Shown in pieces: positions 37,018-45,446 of a stretch of 64,000 bases of DNA. Origin of the DNA: a virus; IMG/VR virus record IMGVR_UViG_3300027917_000021, positions 64,001 to 128,000 of that record; one strand, given 5' to 3'. The first letter of the stretch is position 1; every line of letters starts with the position of its first letter. The notes beneath the pieces were generated by a model. That model was not told the origin of the DNA and made no database searches. It worked only from the letters and a program-made list of their open reading frames with translations. The position numbers and the translations under genes are program-made.

Positions 37018-38628
37018 ATGGCTTACGTAAAACCAGGCGTCGAAGTTACTCAAACCCAAGTACGCGTTTCTCCAAGTTTGATATCTCCAGATTTAGGAAC
37101 AGTTTTAGTTGGAAAGGCATTCTTTGTTGAAGAAGTAGGAGACTACTCTTATACTGATGTATATAGTGGTGTCCAAATTGATGTAGATTATGCCGGTCTT
37201 CCATCTGGAGCTGAAGTACATACAGCAAGTGTGTATGTTGATCTTATTGGTGGTACAGGAGCATCAGCTGGAACGAGAGTTCATTTAGAATCTGGAACAG
37301 ATTTTACACCTGGAGCAACTTCTGTACAAATTAACGCAGGTTTGGGTTCAACATATCCGGAAGTTACTGGGCTAGAAAATGGCGCAGCAATTGAAATTGG
37401 ATATCGTGCACTTCGTACCGATTTAGATCCATTTTTAACCATGTCAACATTAACTGACATAGAAGAAAAAGTTGGATCCACAATATCTTATAATCCGCTG
37501 GGCGTGGCACTTCATAAAGCTATGTTAAATACTGCTGGATACGTCTTTGCGTCTCCTACACAGGAAGACACACCAGTGGAAACATCAAATGAATTTACAT
37601 CTGCTGATGTAGCATTTGACACGTTGAAGACCAAAGAAATTTATGCAATGGTTCCTTTAACAACAACTGATGCCACAATAAGTGCATTTAAAACACATGC
37701 AATAACATATTCTGAACCGGAAGAAAAAAGAGAAAGAATGGTTGTTGCAGCTCCAAGTATTCCTTGGAAAGACACTGGCGGCTCACCTACATCAGCTGAC
37801 CTGGCAGATACAGCAGTGACTGCCGGTGCAATTAAAGAAGCTGCGTACAATCAACAAGAACGTAGACTTGTCTACGTATTTCCAGATACAATGTTTGTAA
37901 CTGAAACACGACATGTGTCCACGTTGACGGATACTTATCGTGATGCAGTTCAGGGAGTAACCGGAATACCTTTTTATTTAGGGGAAAATAAAACTGTTAC
38001 TGTTAGTGGCACAAAATATTCTTATAAAAAAGGCGATGTTTTGACATCGACAGTGTTATCAAATATAGCTACAGACAATACTTTTCTTATAGTGAATTCT
38101 CCGGTTCCTGGATATATAGGTGCAGCTGCAATTGGTGGAATGATTTCTGGATATCCTCCTGAAACACCATTCACTAATTTAGCTATTACCGGTGTTAGTC
38201 GTTTGAAATATTCGATGGATAAATTTACTGAATCTGACCTTAACACAATGGCCGAAGGTGGTAATTATCTATTAATTCAAACATCTGAAACAGCACCAAT
38301 TTACTGTAGACATCAACTTACAACAGATATGACTTCTGTTGAAAGACGTGAATTAAGCATTCTAAAGACATTAGACTTTGTTGCAAAATTCATGCGTAAC
38401 GGATTATCCGGATATATTGGACGTTATAATATTAGTCCACAGTTTATGAAGCTGCTTACCATGACTATACAAGCACAAATTCTGTATCTTGTTAAAAATG
38501 GCCATGTCAACGACATTAAAATTCTTAGTATTGCACAGGCCGAAGAAGCTGCTGATACAATAGAAGTAAGTCTAAATGTATTGGTCAAATATCCTGTCAA
38601 TTACATTAAGATAGATCTACAGTTCTAA
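37018..38628 (+). CDS. Contractile tail sheath protein
   Basis: MAYVKPGV start; PFTN, RHQLTTD, RELSI..LDFV, YPVNYI. Confidence 0.85.
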   Translation: MAYVKPGVEVTQTQVRVSPSLISPDLGTVLVGKAFFVEEVGDYSYTDVYSGVQIDVDYAGLPSGAEVHTASVYVDLIGGTGASAGTRVHLESGTDFTPGATSVQINAGLGSTYPEVTGLENGAAIEIGYRALRTDLDPFLTMSTLTDIEEKVGSTISYNPLGVALHKAMLNTAGYVFASPTQEDTPVETSNEFTSADVAFDTLKTKEIYAMVPLTTTDATISAFKTHAITYSEPEEKRERMVVAAPSIPWKDTGGSPTSADLADTAVTAGAIKEAAYNQQERRLVYVFPDTMFVTETRHVSTLTDTYRDAVQGVTGIPFYLGENKTVTVSGTKYSYKKGDVLTSTVLSNIATDNTFLIVNSPVPGYIGAAAIGGMISGYPPETPFTNLAITGVSRLKYSMDKFTESDLNTMAEGGNYLLIQTSETAPIYCRHQLTTDMTSVERRELSILKTLDFVAKFMRNGLSGYIGRYNISPQFMKLLTMTIQAQILYLVKNGHVNDIKILSIAQAEEAADTIEVSLNVLVKYPVNYIKIDLQF

Positions 38629-38639
38629 GGAGGAATTAG

Positions 38640-39269
38640 ATGGCCAAGACAACATACCAAGATTGGGAATTTAAAGAAGCACACGTAGAGCCAGATGTAT
38701 TAAATAATAATGAAAATTTTGTATCATCTGAATCCATAGTTATTTGTGCTGGTCCTTCCTACGTGGACGAAGGTACAGATTTAGCCGGTCAATTGTATCC
38801 TATAGGTATTCTTGAGAGTGCTGCAGTAGTGCAGAATAAACAAATTCAACAATTGTTTGAAATTGGTTCAAGAAAACCATACATGATTCCGGGACGTACA
38901 AGAGTACAAGTAGGACTTAGTCGAGTAATATTTAATGGTGATTCACTATTAGCTGCTATGTACTATGGAAAGTATAGTGGAACCTTGCCAGAACAAGATG
39001 CAAGTGAAGATTCTCCTGGACATGCTAGCAATTATCCTGCGACAGGTGAAGGACACTTCTATTTAAATCTGGCTTCTAGTTTCTTTAATAAGCCATTTGG
39101 ATTAGCTCTAATAGTACACGATAGTGAGGATGAACAAACAGCAATGATATTACTTCAAAACTGCATGGTTCAATCTCATCAAATGAATGTTGGTGCAAAT
39201 CAGACGATAGTAATGGAAAATGTTAATATTATCGCAGATAGTATCCAGCCAATTATTGTTAGTGCTTAA
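38640..39269 (+). CDS. Tail tube protein
   Basis: Follows the sheath; QQLFEIGS..YMIPG, LQNC, IVMENV. Confidence 0.8.
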   Translation: MAKTTYQDWEFKEAHVEPDVLNNNENFVSSESIVICAGPSYVDEGTDLAGQLYPIGILESAAVVQNKQIQQLFEIGSRKPYMIPGRTRVQVGLSRVIFNGDSLLAAMYYGKYSGTLPEQDASEDSPGHASNYPATGEGHFYLNLASSFFNKPFGLALIVHDSEDEQTAMILLQNCMVQSHQMNVGANQTIVMENVNIIADSIQPIIVSA

Positions 39270-39280
39270 AAATTAATGTA

Positions 39281-39315
39281 AAAATATAGGGAGGAGCATT
39301 TCCTCCCTTTATTTT
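39281..39315. terminator. Terminator where the two transcription arms converge
   Basis: agggagga-gcatt-tcctccct with A/T-rich flanks. Confidence 0.75.
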
Positions 39316-39524
39316 GCATTTCCACTAATCGCTATTTCAGTCTCATCCAGGACTTTTTCTGTTTCTTGAAATATTTTTTCTATTTCTTCAAGACGCTTGT
39401 TAACCTTTTCTAGTCGTATTGTAAGAAGTTCCGAAATTGGATTTCCATCATCCTTTAAAGTTTTAATTCTTGATTCGAGATATTTTTTTTCCATTAGGCA
39501 CATCTCTTTATTCGGACAAACCAT
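39309..39524 (-). CDS. Small hypothetical protein
   Basis: 71 aa; AAGGAG RBS. Confidence 0.65.
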   Translation of the reverse strand: MVCPNKEMCLMEKKYLESRIKTLKDDGNPISELLTIRLEKVNKRLEEIEKIFQETEKVLDETEIAISGNAK

Positions 39525-39704
39525 AATTTTCTCCTTTTTTATTTATATTTTTCTTATACCAGCTTAAGATAAAAAAAAGAGCTGTACTTTACATCCCCTT
39601 GTCTTCGGCAGTTAATTTTAATTTGAAGATGCTTATTTTTTCTAATTTGTTAGTCGTTGCAACTAACGAAGTATTCTGTTTTATCTACAGCTCACATCGC
39701 AAGG

Positions 39705-40290
39705 CGGCACAGCTGGGAATATTTCCCAGCTGGTGCTTGCTATTTATCCGCCGGACTAGAGCGGTTACAAATAAACTCGGAGATTTATCTCCGAGTTTTT
39801 TGGAATGCGATTGCTCGGCGGATAAAATGAGATGTTCTGGCAAAACGAAACGTCATGCTCATCTCTTCTAGAAATATTTAACTAATACTCCTAGAAGAAA
39901 CGAGCGGGGGACGCCACCCCGATGCATCTCATTTCTTCTGCTTCGACGACGATCGCGTCTCTCTCGGGCTCCAGCCGCCAGAAACCTGGATCCGGATCCG
40001 AGCGTGCGCGCGACGGCCGCCTTGCATGGTCCCACTGGCCGGCGTACCCCAGGCGCCCTAGGCGCCCGCGGTCCTGAAGGGGGGTACCTTCACGTGGCAG
40101 CCCGTCGACTGGAATCAGGGCACAGTACTCTCGCGCATGCACTGCAGCAGGCCTTAGGCGCTGCAGCTGGCCGCACGTTGTCTCTGGTCGCCTGGTCGGG
40201 GACGGTTTTGTTGTAACGGAGACAGGGACGTCAGAGTTACAACAAATAGAGCCTTAAACGAAAGACGAGACGTCTCTCTAGGCTCAGGCA
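39705..40290. other. Non-coding, GC-rich, hairpin- and palindrome-dense island
   Basis: Several perfect 10-12 bp stems; 22 six-base palindromes in 39921-40170. Confidence 0.75.
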
Positions 40291-40298
40291 GGAGCAAG

Positions 40299-40493
40299 TT
40301 ACTCCTTTGCGTCAATTGTTTCTTTCGAAACAGGCGTTTCTGCTTTTGCCGCCTGTCTTTTTAATTTACGTTGTTTGGCCTTTTCCATCTTCATTTCATA
40401 GCGAAATTTTTTTTGTTCTTTATTTTTTTCTCGACGATGTTCCAATTTGTATGCTTCGCACTTCTTTTTATTCCTGCCTTGTTTTTTGCCCAT
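40299..40493 (-). CDS. Small Lys/Arg-rich protein
   Basis: 64 aa with AAGG(T) RBS. Confidence 0.6.
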   Translation of the reverse strand: MGKKQGRNKKKCEAYKLEHRREKNKEQKKFRYEMKMEKAKQRKLKRQAAKAETPVSKETIDAKE

Positions 40494-40515
40494 AACACCT
40501 TTCCTAAAAATTAAA

Positions 40516-40739
40516 GAGGTCCGCTGAGGATTCTAACCTCTTGCACAAGATTAATTTTTCATCACTTATCCCCTGTACCGCGATGGATTTACACCAATGC
40601 ACTCGGTGTAGGTGTCTGCGAGGCCTTGTTCGCTCCGAACGAAAAGGATGTGCTTTTTCAAGTAAGAGCTCTTATACCATCATTACGGAAGCTCCAAGGA
40701 AGTACTACGTCACGCGCCGGAAATACTTCCGCGGACCTC
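40516..40739 (-). ncRNA. Putative structured ncRNA with tRNA-like termini
   Basis: 9-bp terminal stem GAGGTCCGC/GCGGACCTC, T-arm-like GAGG-TTAGAAT-CCTC, several internal stems. Confidence 0.55.
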
Positions 40740-40925
40740 AAATTTTCTTAATTATGTTTGTTTGTCTTTAGAGGGACGAATAATAAATTCGCATCTCGCC
40801 GCTGCCGTATAACCTGCCTCTTTTTCACGGAAAAGGCTCCTAGCTTCAGGGCTTATGCCGACACGCGTTTTCAATTTGTTAAACTACCCTCCGCAGGTCA
40901 AGTATACCGATAATTATATCGGTAT

Positions 40926-41591
40926 TTATTCTTCATCTTTTTTATTAATAATGATGTCTGGTGTATTCGGATCATAAAAATTATTAAGCTGTGTAATTCC
41001 AGACCGCCTTGCGTCAAAATATTTTGCAAATCCTTCTGCAGTTGCCGCGTAGGCTTCAGCGCGTCCGGCATTAGAACTTGTATATGAAAATGTGTTATTT
41101 GTAACAAAGTTTAATTCTTGTTTATCTTCTAGTCCTTCAATTCCTTGAAATACAAATGTCCAATTTCCCTTTTCTTCCCTTTCCAAAATCATGTTATTGA
41201 TTTCGTCTCGAGAAAATATAGATGAGCTGTTTTCCCATCCGTCTGTAAATATATAAACTAATGCGGCATCATCATCTTTAATAACACCATCAATTAATTT
41301 TATTGCCTGACCAATGCCATCATACATAGGAATAGATCCAGATGGAACGTAGTTTTGATGATCGAGGTGTTTTGCTACCCTAGCATCCTCATTAAAATAA
41401 ACTACTTCGCCCTCTCTATTACGAAATAATACTAGAGATACTTTTACTTTTCCAGCGAGTCTTGCCTTTTCAGCTCGCATTAAGTCAATTATTTCATTTA
41501 CTCCGGTGATTGTTGTTTCGATGTCGGCGCTCATGGAGCCACTTCCATCCAAAACTAAAGCGATATAAGTATCGCCTGCCACTTTTGCCAT
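40926..41591 (-). CDS. von Willebrand factor A (vWA) domain protein
   Basis: LVLDGSGSM MIDAS motif, PMYDGIG, IFTDGWENSS, WTFVFQG. Confidence 0.85.
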   Translation of the reverse strand: MAKVAGDTYIALVLDGSGSMSADIETTITGVNEIIDLMRAEKARLAGKVKVSLVLFRNREGEVVYFNEDARVAKHLDHQNYVPSGSIPMYDGIGQAIKLIDGVIKDDDAALVYIFTDGWENSSSIFSRDEINNMILEREEKGNWTFVFQGIEGLEDKQELNFVTNNTFSYTSSNAGRAEAYAATAEGFAKYFDARRSGITQLNNFYDPNTPDIIINKKDEE

Positions 41592-41607
41592 TAAATTCTC
41601 CTTTTAT

Positions 41608-41646
41608 AAAAAAGCGCGACTGCCCTACCCTGGGTATGCCGCGCTT
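41608..41646 (-). terminator. Probable terminator ending the upstream ncRNA transcript
   Basis: aagcgcg...cgcgctt stem followed by a U-run on the - strand. Confidence 0.5.
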
Positions 41647-41707
41647 ATAATGTATTCTTCAAAAATACAATGTGTTAGATTGTTCTATCCAAAGAATGAC
41701 TGCTTAT

Positions 41708-42081
41708 GCCCTATAATGTAATTTCATCAACTTATTTTTTTAATCTGAAACGTCCACGTCCTACCTCTGGACTACCGCGCCATATAAGGATTTGGATGTC
41801 ACTGTCCTTTACAAACTGTCAACTATGTTTGTCGCGCGAATCCTGGCTACGCGAGTTTTGTAATGAAACCAACATGAAGGTTTTCGCACAGAGCAAACCT
41901 ACAAATACTGACTACTGTCTCGTCGTAGCCACCGTTATCATGTAAGAGTGATAACCTCCTCTCATTGCGTAGAGATCCCGGTTTTTGTTAAAGGTGGTAT
42001 TCTCCATCTTGTGACTTGAGGCGCGGAAGGGAATCGAACCCCTGCTTTGGAGGAATATAAAATAAGCGATTACTTTCGGGC
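41708..42081 (-). ncRNA. Circularly permuted tRNA-like (YrlA/Y-RNA-like) RNA with a ~235-nt insert
   Basis: T-arm, then 3' acceptor strand, insert, 5' acceptor strand and D-arm, all closed by a long interrupted stem. Confidence 0.7.
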
Positions 42082-42241
42082 GTGTGGCAGTATAAATCTG
42101 GACACAATAAGCTAAGTTTGAATCGAATTACACTCCGTTCTCCCAATAGAGGGCCATTGCTACAATTATGTAACAATGGCGATTAGGATACTGGTAAGAT
42201 ACGATGTATGAGTCTAAGTCTTAGCGTGAGTCTAGTGTCGT

Positions 42242-43009
42242 TTATACTGATAAACCACCATGTAAAATATTACCTGTTATTATTTTACCAAGTTTTTCGT
42301 CTTCAACGATCTTGGCATTATTGGCTCTTTGGCGAGCATCTTTAACCGCCAATTCCCATTTATCATGACGAGAAAGAATTTCTGATTTCATTTTAGGGGT
42401 AATGGCTCCAGATACTTTTGTCTCATTCCAAGTGCCGACTACCATATCTTCATGTACTAATTCGGTTTGTGCCGGGTGTTCTTTTGTTGCCTCATATTTT
42501 ACTAGAACTTTCGGAACTTTTTTGGATTTGAATGTTTGGAGTGGATCGGTTTTGTAATAATTATTGTCCTTGTCCCATTTCCAATTAAACTTTGGGTCTA
42601 AGGTTGGAATTGACATCAACAATGATCTTAATTGTTTTAATTTGTTTTCCAAGCTTAGTAAAGACGTTGCATGTAAATTTTCTGCAATAGTATATCCTTC
42701 ATAAACCAAATTAGCAGTTGCCACTGCATTGGTTTCTTCTTTCACTATCGAATGATTGATAGCATCTGACAGAGCATCAAAATAATATGATATTTTTTCT
42801 TGCACAGTTGTTACCAAAGGCTCTGTCTCAGGAGGAAATTGTTCTCCACCCTCTTCTTTGGGCTGGTATACACGAAATCTGCCAGCGAAATGATGCTGTT
42901 TTTTGCCTAGCGTATTTTCTGCCTCTTTAGCCAAATTTCTTTCTTTTTCTTTAACATTTGGCTCTGCAGCAAGGTGCTGGTGTAGCTGAGTTTTACTTTC
43001 TTCTGCCAT
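42242..43009 (-). CDS. Uncharacterised helical protein (LHQxLA ... HPAQ ... VG.W ... SGA ... ARQRAN pattern)
   Basis: 255-aa ORF with AAGGA RBS, flanked by AGACT repeats. Confidence 0.75.
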   Translation of the reverse strand: MAEESKTQLHQHLAAEPNVKEKERNLAKEAENTLGKKQHHFAGRFRVYQPKEEGGEQFPPETEPLVTTVQEKISYYFDALSDAINHSIVKEETNAVATANLVYEGYTIAENLHATSLLSLENKLKQLRSLLMSIPTLDPKFNWKWDKDNNYYKTDPLQTFKSKKVPKVLVKYEATKEHPAQTELVHEDMVVGTWNETKVSGAITPKMKSEILSRHDKWELAVKDARQRANNAKIVEDEKLGKIITGNILHGGLSV

Positions 43010-43148
43010 AGAAATATTCCTTTAGTTAATTAGTCTAAGTCTAAATATTAAAAAGAAAAATGACAGGGCTCTCCGACGGGCCCAACATTTTTCTTAATTT
43101 GTATTTTCTCCAGGATTACTGCGGTTTGGGTTCTTTTTCCCGGACTTG

Positions 43149-43302
43149 CCTGTGTGCCTAGGGGGCCGATGACCGAGTGCGTACTCAGCGAGCTGGCCGC
43201 AGCAAGGGGCCTACAGCAAGGAAGGTGCCCTTCTTTGCTGGAGGGACCGAAGACGCGGCTTGCGAGGAGGACGTGCCGGTCGAAGGCTATGTAGCACACA
43301 GG
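43149..43302. ncRNA. Putative structured RNA/DNA element
   Basis: GC-rich intergenic region closed by cctgtgtgc/gcacacagg; 12-bp inner hairpin 43214-43240. Confidence 0.45.
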
Positions 43303-43339
43303 AATATCAATAATGTTGCGAAACACAACAAATAGATAT

Positions 43340-43714
43340 TTATGAATTTTTTGCCTTTTTTCGTCTTTTACGTCGCTTACGCTTTGTCGGAGATTTTGAA
43401 GTAGAAGGCTTGGAATTCTTTTTTCTTATTCCAGGATTTTTTAAAAGCTTGCAATCCTTTGCTAATAAGGTTCTTAATCTTTGGTCATTGTCAATACATT
43501 CAACACAAAGTTGTTGTTTTTCATCAATATAAATATTTTTAATAGTTAATTTATAGCGACTTCCTTCATAACAATTAATAATTTTTTGTCCGATTAAGTT
43601 CTCATCTTTTTTTGTGATTAATTGTGATTTGGGCACCAACTTCATTTGAAATTGTGGTTTTCTAAGAATTATTGTCCATTCCTTTTCTGTAATACTTTTT
43701 TTACGTTTGACCAT
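43340..43714 (-). CDS. Hypothetical protein with basic C-tail
   Basis: 124-aa ORF. Confidence 0.55.
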   Translation of the reverse strand: MVKRKKSITEKEWTIILRKPQFQMKLVPKSQLITKKDENLIGQKIINCYEGSRYKLTIKNIYIDEKQQLCVECIDNDQRLRTLLAKDCKLLKNPGIRKKNSKPSTSKSPTKRKRRKRRKKAKNS

Positions 43715-44271
43715 GAATGTGCTTCATAATCTGGTTTAGGGTCATAATCATAAATTTCCATAAGGCCAGCATGATTATACCAAATTGATGTTAAATCAGG
43801 CCAATCTTGTTTTACTGAAGAAACATTTTTTGGTTTATCATCAATAAAAGCCACGGGATTTTCATACTCTCCAACTATCCTTGATTTATCCCTATGTGAT
43901 TTTGCAAACCTCAAATCGGCTTTTAAATCGTCAAGAATACCAAGATTATTTAGGTTTTTTACCCTTTTTTCTCTGTATGCTTCTGGCACTGTAGTATTAT
44001 ATATTATTTTGAAGCGTTTGGATGACCATTCTAAAAATTGTTTGGCTCCTTTTATAAATGAAAGATTTTCAAATAAATCCGATTCCCAAGTTTTTACTAC
44101 AAGTTTATATACCTGTCTGCGACTATATCCTCTTGATTTTAAAAGATCCCATTGCTTAAAGTCATCTTCGTTTAGATCTATATTTTCGTTTTCTTTTAGT
44201 ATGACGGCATAGGCTTTATCAAAAGAAAGAATACACCCGTCTACATCTAGAATGATAGGCCTTTTTTGCAT
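43669..44271 (-). CDS. HAD-family 5'(3')-deoxyribonucleotidase-like protein
   Basis: ILDVDGCI, FIDDKPKN. Confidence 0.8.
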   Translation of the reverse strand: MQKRPIILDVDGCILSFDKAYAVILKENENIDLNEDDFKQWDLLKSRGYSRRQVYKLVVKTWESDLFENLSFIKGAKQFLEWSSKRFKIIYNTTVPEAYREKRVKNLNNLGILDDLKADLRFAKSHRDKSRIVGEYENPVAFIDDKPKNVSSVKQDWPDLTSIWYNHAGLMEIYDYDPKPDYEAHSWSNVKKVLQKRNGQ

Positions 44272-44924
44272 AGAAACTCCTTTATGTCATTTAACATTTC
44301 CTGAGGAGGTTGATTAGAGTCTACAATGCATTCAGTTGGGACCCGAATACTGTCTATTTCCTTCTCTGAAGGATGCTCTAAAACGGATTTATCAAATTCT
44401 CCATATAACTTTTTTATTCGTGCTTCTTGGGTTTCTTTTGATATAAACAAAAATATAGATTGCCAATTATTTCTATCAAACCATTCAAATTCATTTTTAA
44501 ATCTGCAATCATCTATTATCCATACTGTATTTGGATCCTTTTTAGATTTGGCATCTGCTATTTTTATCCATATTTGATCATCTATCCTTTTTCTAGCGCC
44601 ATCTGTACCAAGAAACTGTAATCGTTTGCGAGGTTTAGGTTTTTCATGTGGAATAAAACGAGTTTCAAAAATAATTTTATGCCACGCAGTATAAAATTCT
44701 TCAGGAATATCTAACCCTAATTTTGTTTGTATTTCGTCCCTGGGATCGTAATATGGAAGAATATATTTATTGATAAGGCTTTTCCAGTCTTCGTCAATAT
44801 TGTTAACCAGGTCATAAACTGGTCCGGCCAATCTTAATATTTTACTATTAGGTATTTCCTTAACAAGTAGGTTAGCGGCCGTTGTTTTACCACTTGTCAT
44901 TTTACCTACGATTAATATGTTCAC
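44247..44924 (-). CDS. Deoxynucleoside monophosphate kinase
   Basis: GKMTSGKTT, RKRLQFLGTD, IIDDCRFKNE, HPSE. Confidence 0.85.
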   Translation of the reverse strand: MNILIVGKMTSGKTTAANLLVKEIPNSKILRLAGPVYDLVNNIDEDWKSLINKYILPYYDPRDEIQTKLGLDIPEEFYTAWHKIIFETRFIPHEKPKPRKRLQFLGTDGARKRIDDQIWIKIADAKSKKDPNTVWIIDDCRFKNEFEWFDRNNWQSIFLFISKETQEARIKKLYGEFDKSVLEHPSEKEIDSIRVPTECIVDSNQPPQEMLNDIKEFLCKKGLSF

Positions 44925-44936
44925 AATGTTTTCTGG

Positions 44937-45446
44937 TTATTTTTTCCAATGGTCTGCTACGTAAGCATCTACTTTCACTGGCGTATGTTTTATCCATAAT
45001 TGTGCAGCATCAACCATAAGTTTACTTAACATATTTTTTGCATCTTCTGCAATATTTTCTCTGGCTTCCAATAAAATTTCATCATGGATAGTACTAATGA
45101 TTTTACAGTCATTGTCCCAACCACGCGCGATAATTTCATATTTAACCAGAGTTAATGCTTTCTTTGTAATACTGGCATTGCCGCTTTGCAAAGACATATT
45201 CTTTGCAATATTTGCTGCGTGTGCTCGTTGTTTTGGAAGTCTAAGATTAAAACCTTTAAGCCACCTTAGTCGGTTATCCATATAACATCTTACACATTCA
45301 CTTTCTAAAGCTTCTGCAGCTCTAGCATCGAGGAATTCCCTTACTTTTGGAAATGCATGCCAGAACTTGGACAATAGCCTTTGGGCTTCATCGTATTCAA
45401 CTTCTAATTGGTTTGCTAGCCTTGTAGGACCAAGGCCATAAGCTAC
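44937..45446 (-). CDS. polA: DNA polymerase family A, exon 2
   Basis: VAYGLG completes motif B; NMSLQSGNA; TIHDEILLE (motif C). Confidence 0.9.
   Translation of the reverse strand, partial: VAYGLGPTRLANQLEVEYDEAQRLLSKFWHAFPKVREFLDARAAEALESECVRCYMDNRLRWLKGFNLRLPKQRAHAANIAKNMSLQSGNASITKKALTLVKYEIIARGWDNDCKIISTIHDEILLEARENIAEDAKNMLSKLMVDAAQLWIKHTPVKVDAYVADHWKK

Noticed and set aside
316-38246. Many - strand ORFs in the virion arm and + strand ORFs in the early arm
   Set aside because: Antisense shadows of well-supported genes, with no RBS or recognisable motifs.
39599-40216. ORFs 39599..39871, 39891..40142 and 40004..40216
   Set aside because: They arise from the stop-poor, structured, GC-rich island; composition is unlike the phage genes and there is no RBS.
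41745-42051. Canonical or intron-containing tRNA, or two-piece tmRNA
   Set aside because: The halves are in permuted order with no anticodon loop or CCA; a full D-arm and no tag ORF argue against tmRNA.
40541-43326. ORFs 40541..40771, 41706..41945, 41988..42176 and 43048..43326
   Set aside because: They overlap structured RNA elements and have no protein-like features.
39560-43330. c-di-GMP riboswitch or RNase P RNA in the non-coding region
   Set aside because: I could not find the conserved GEMM or RNase P core motifs by eye; an Rfam scan is needed to exclude them.
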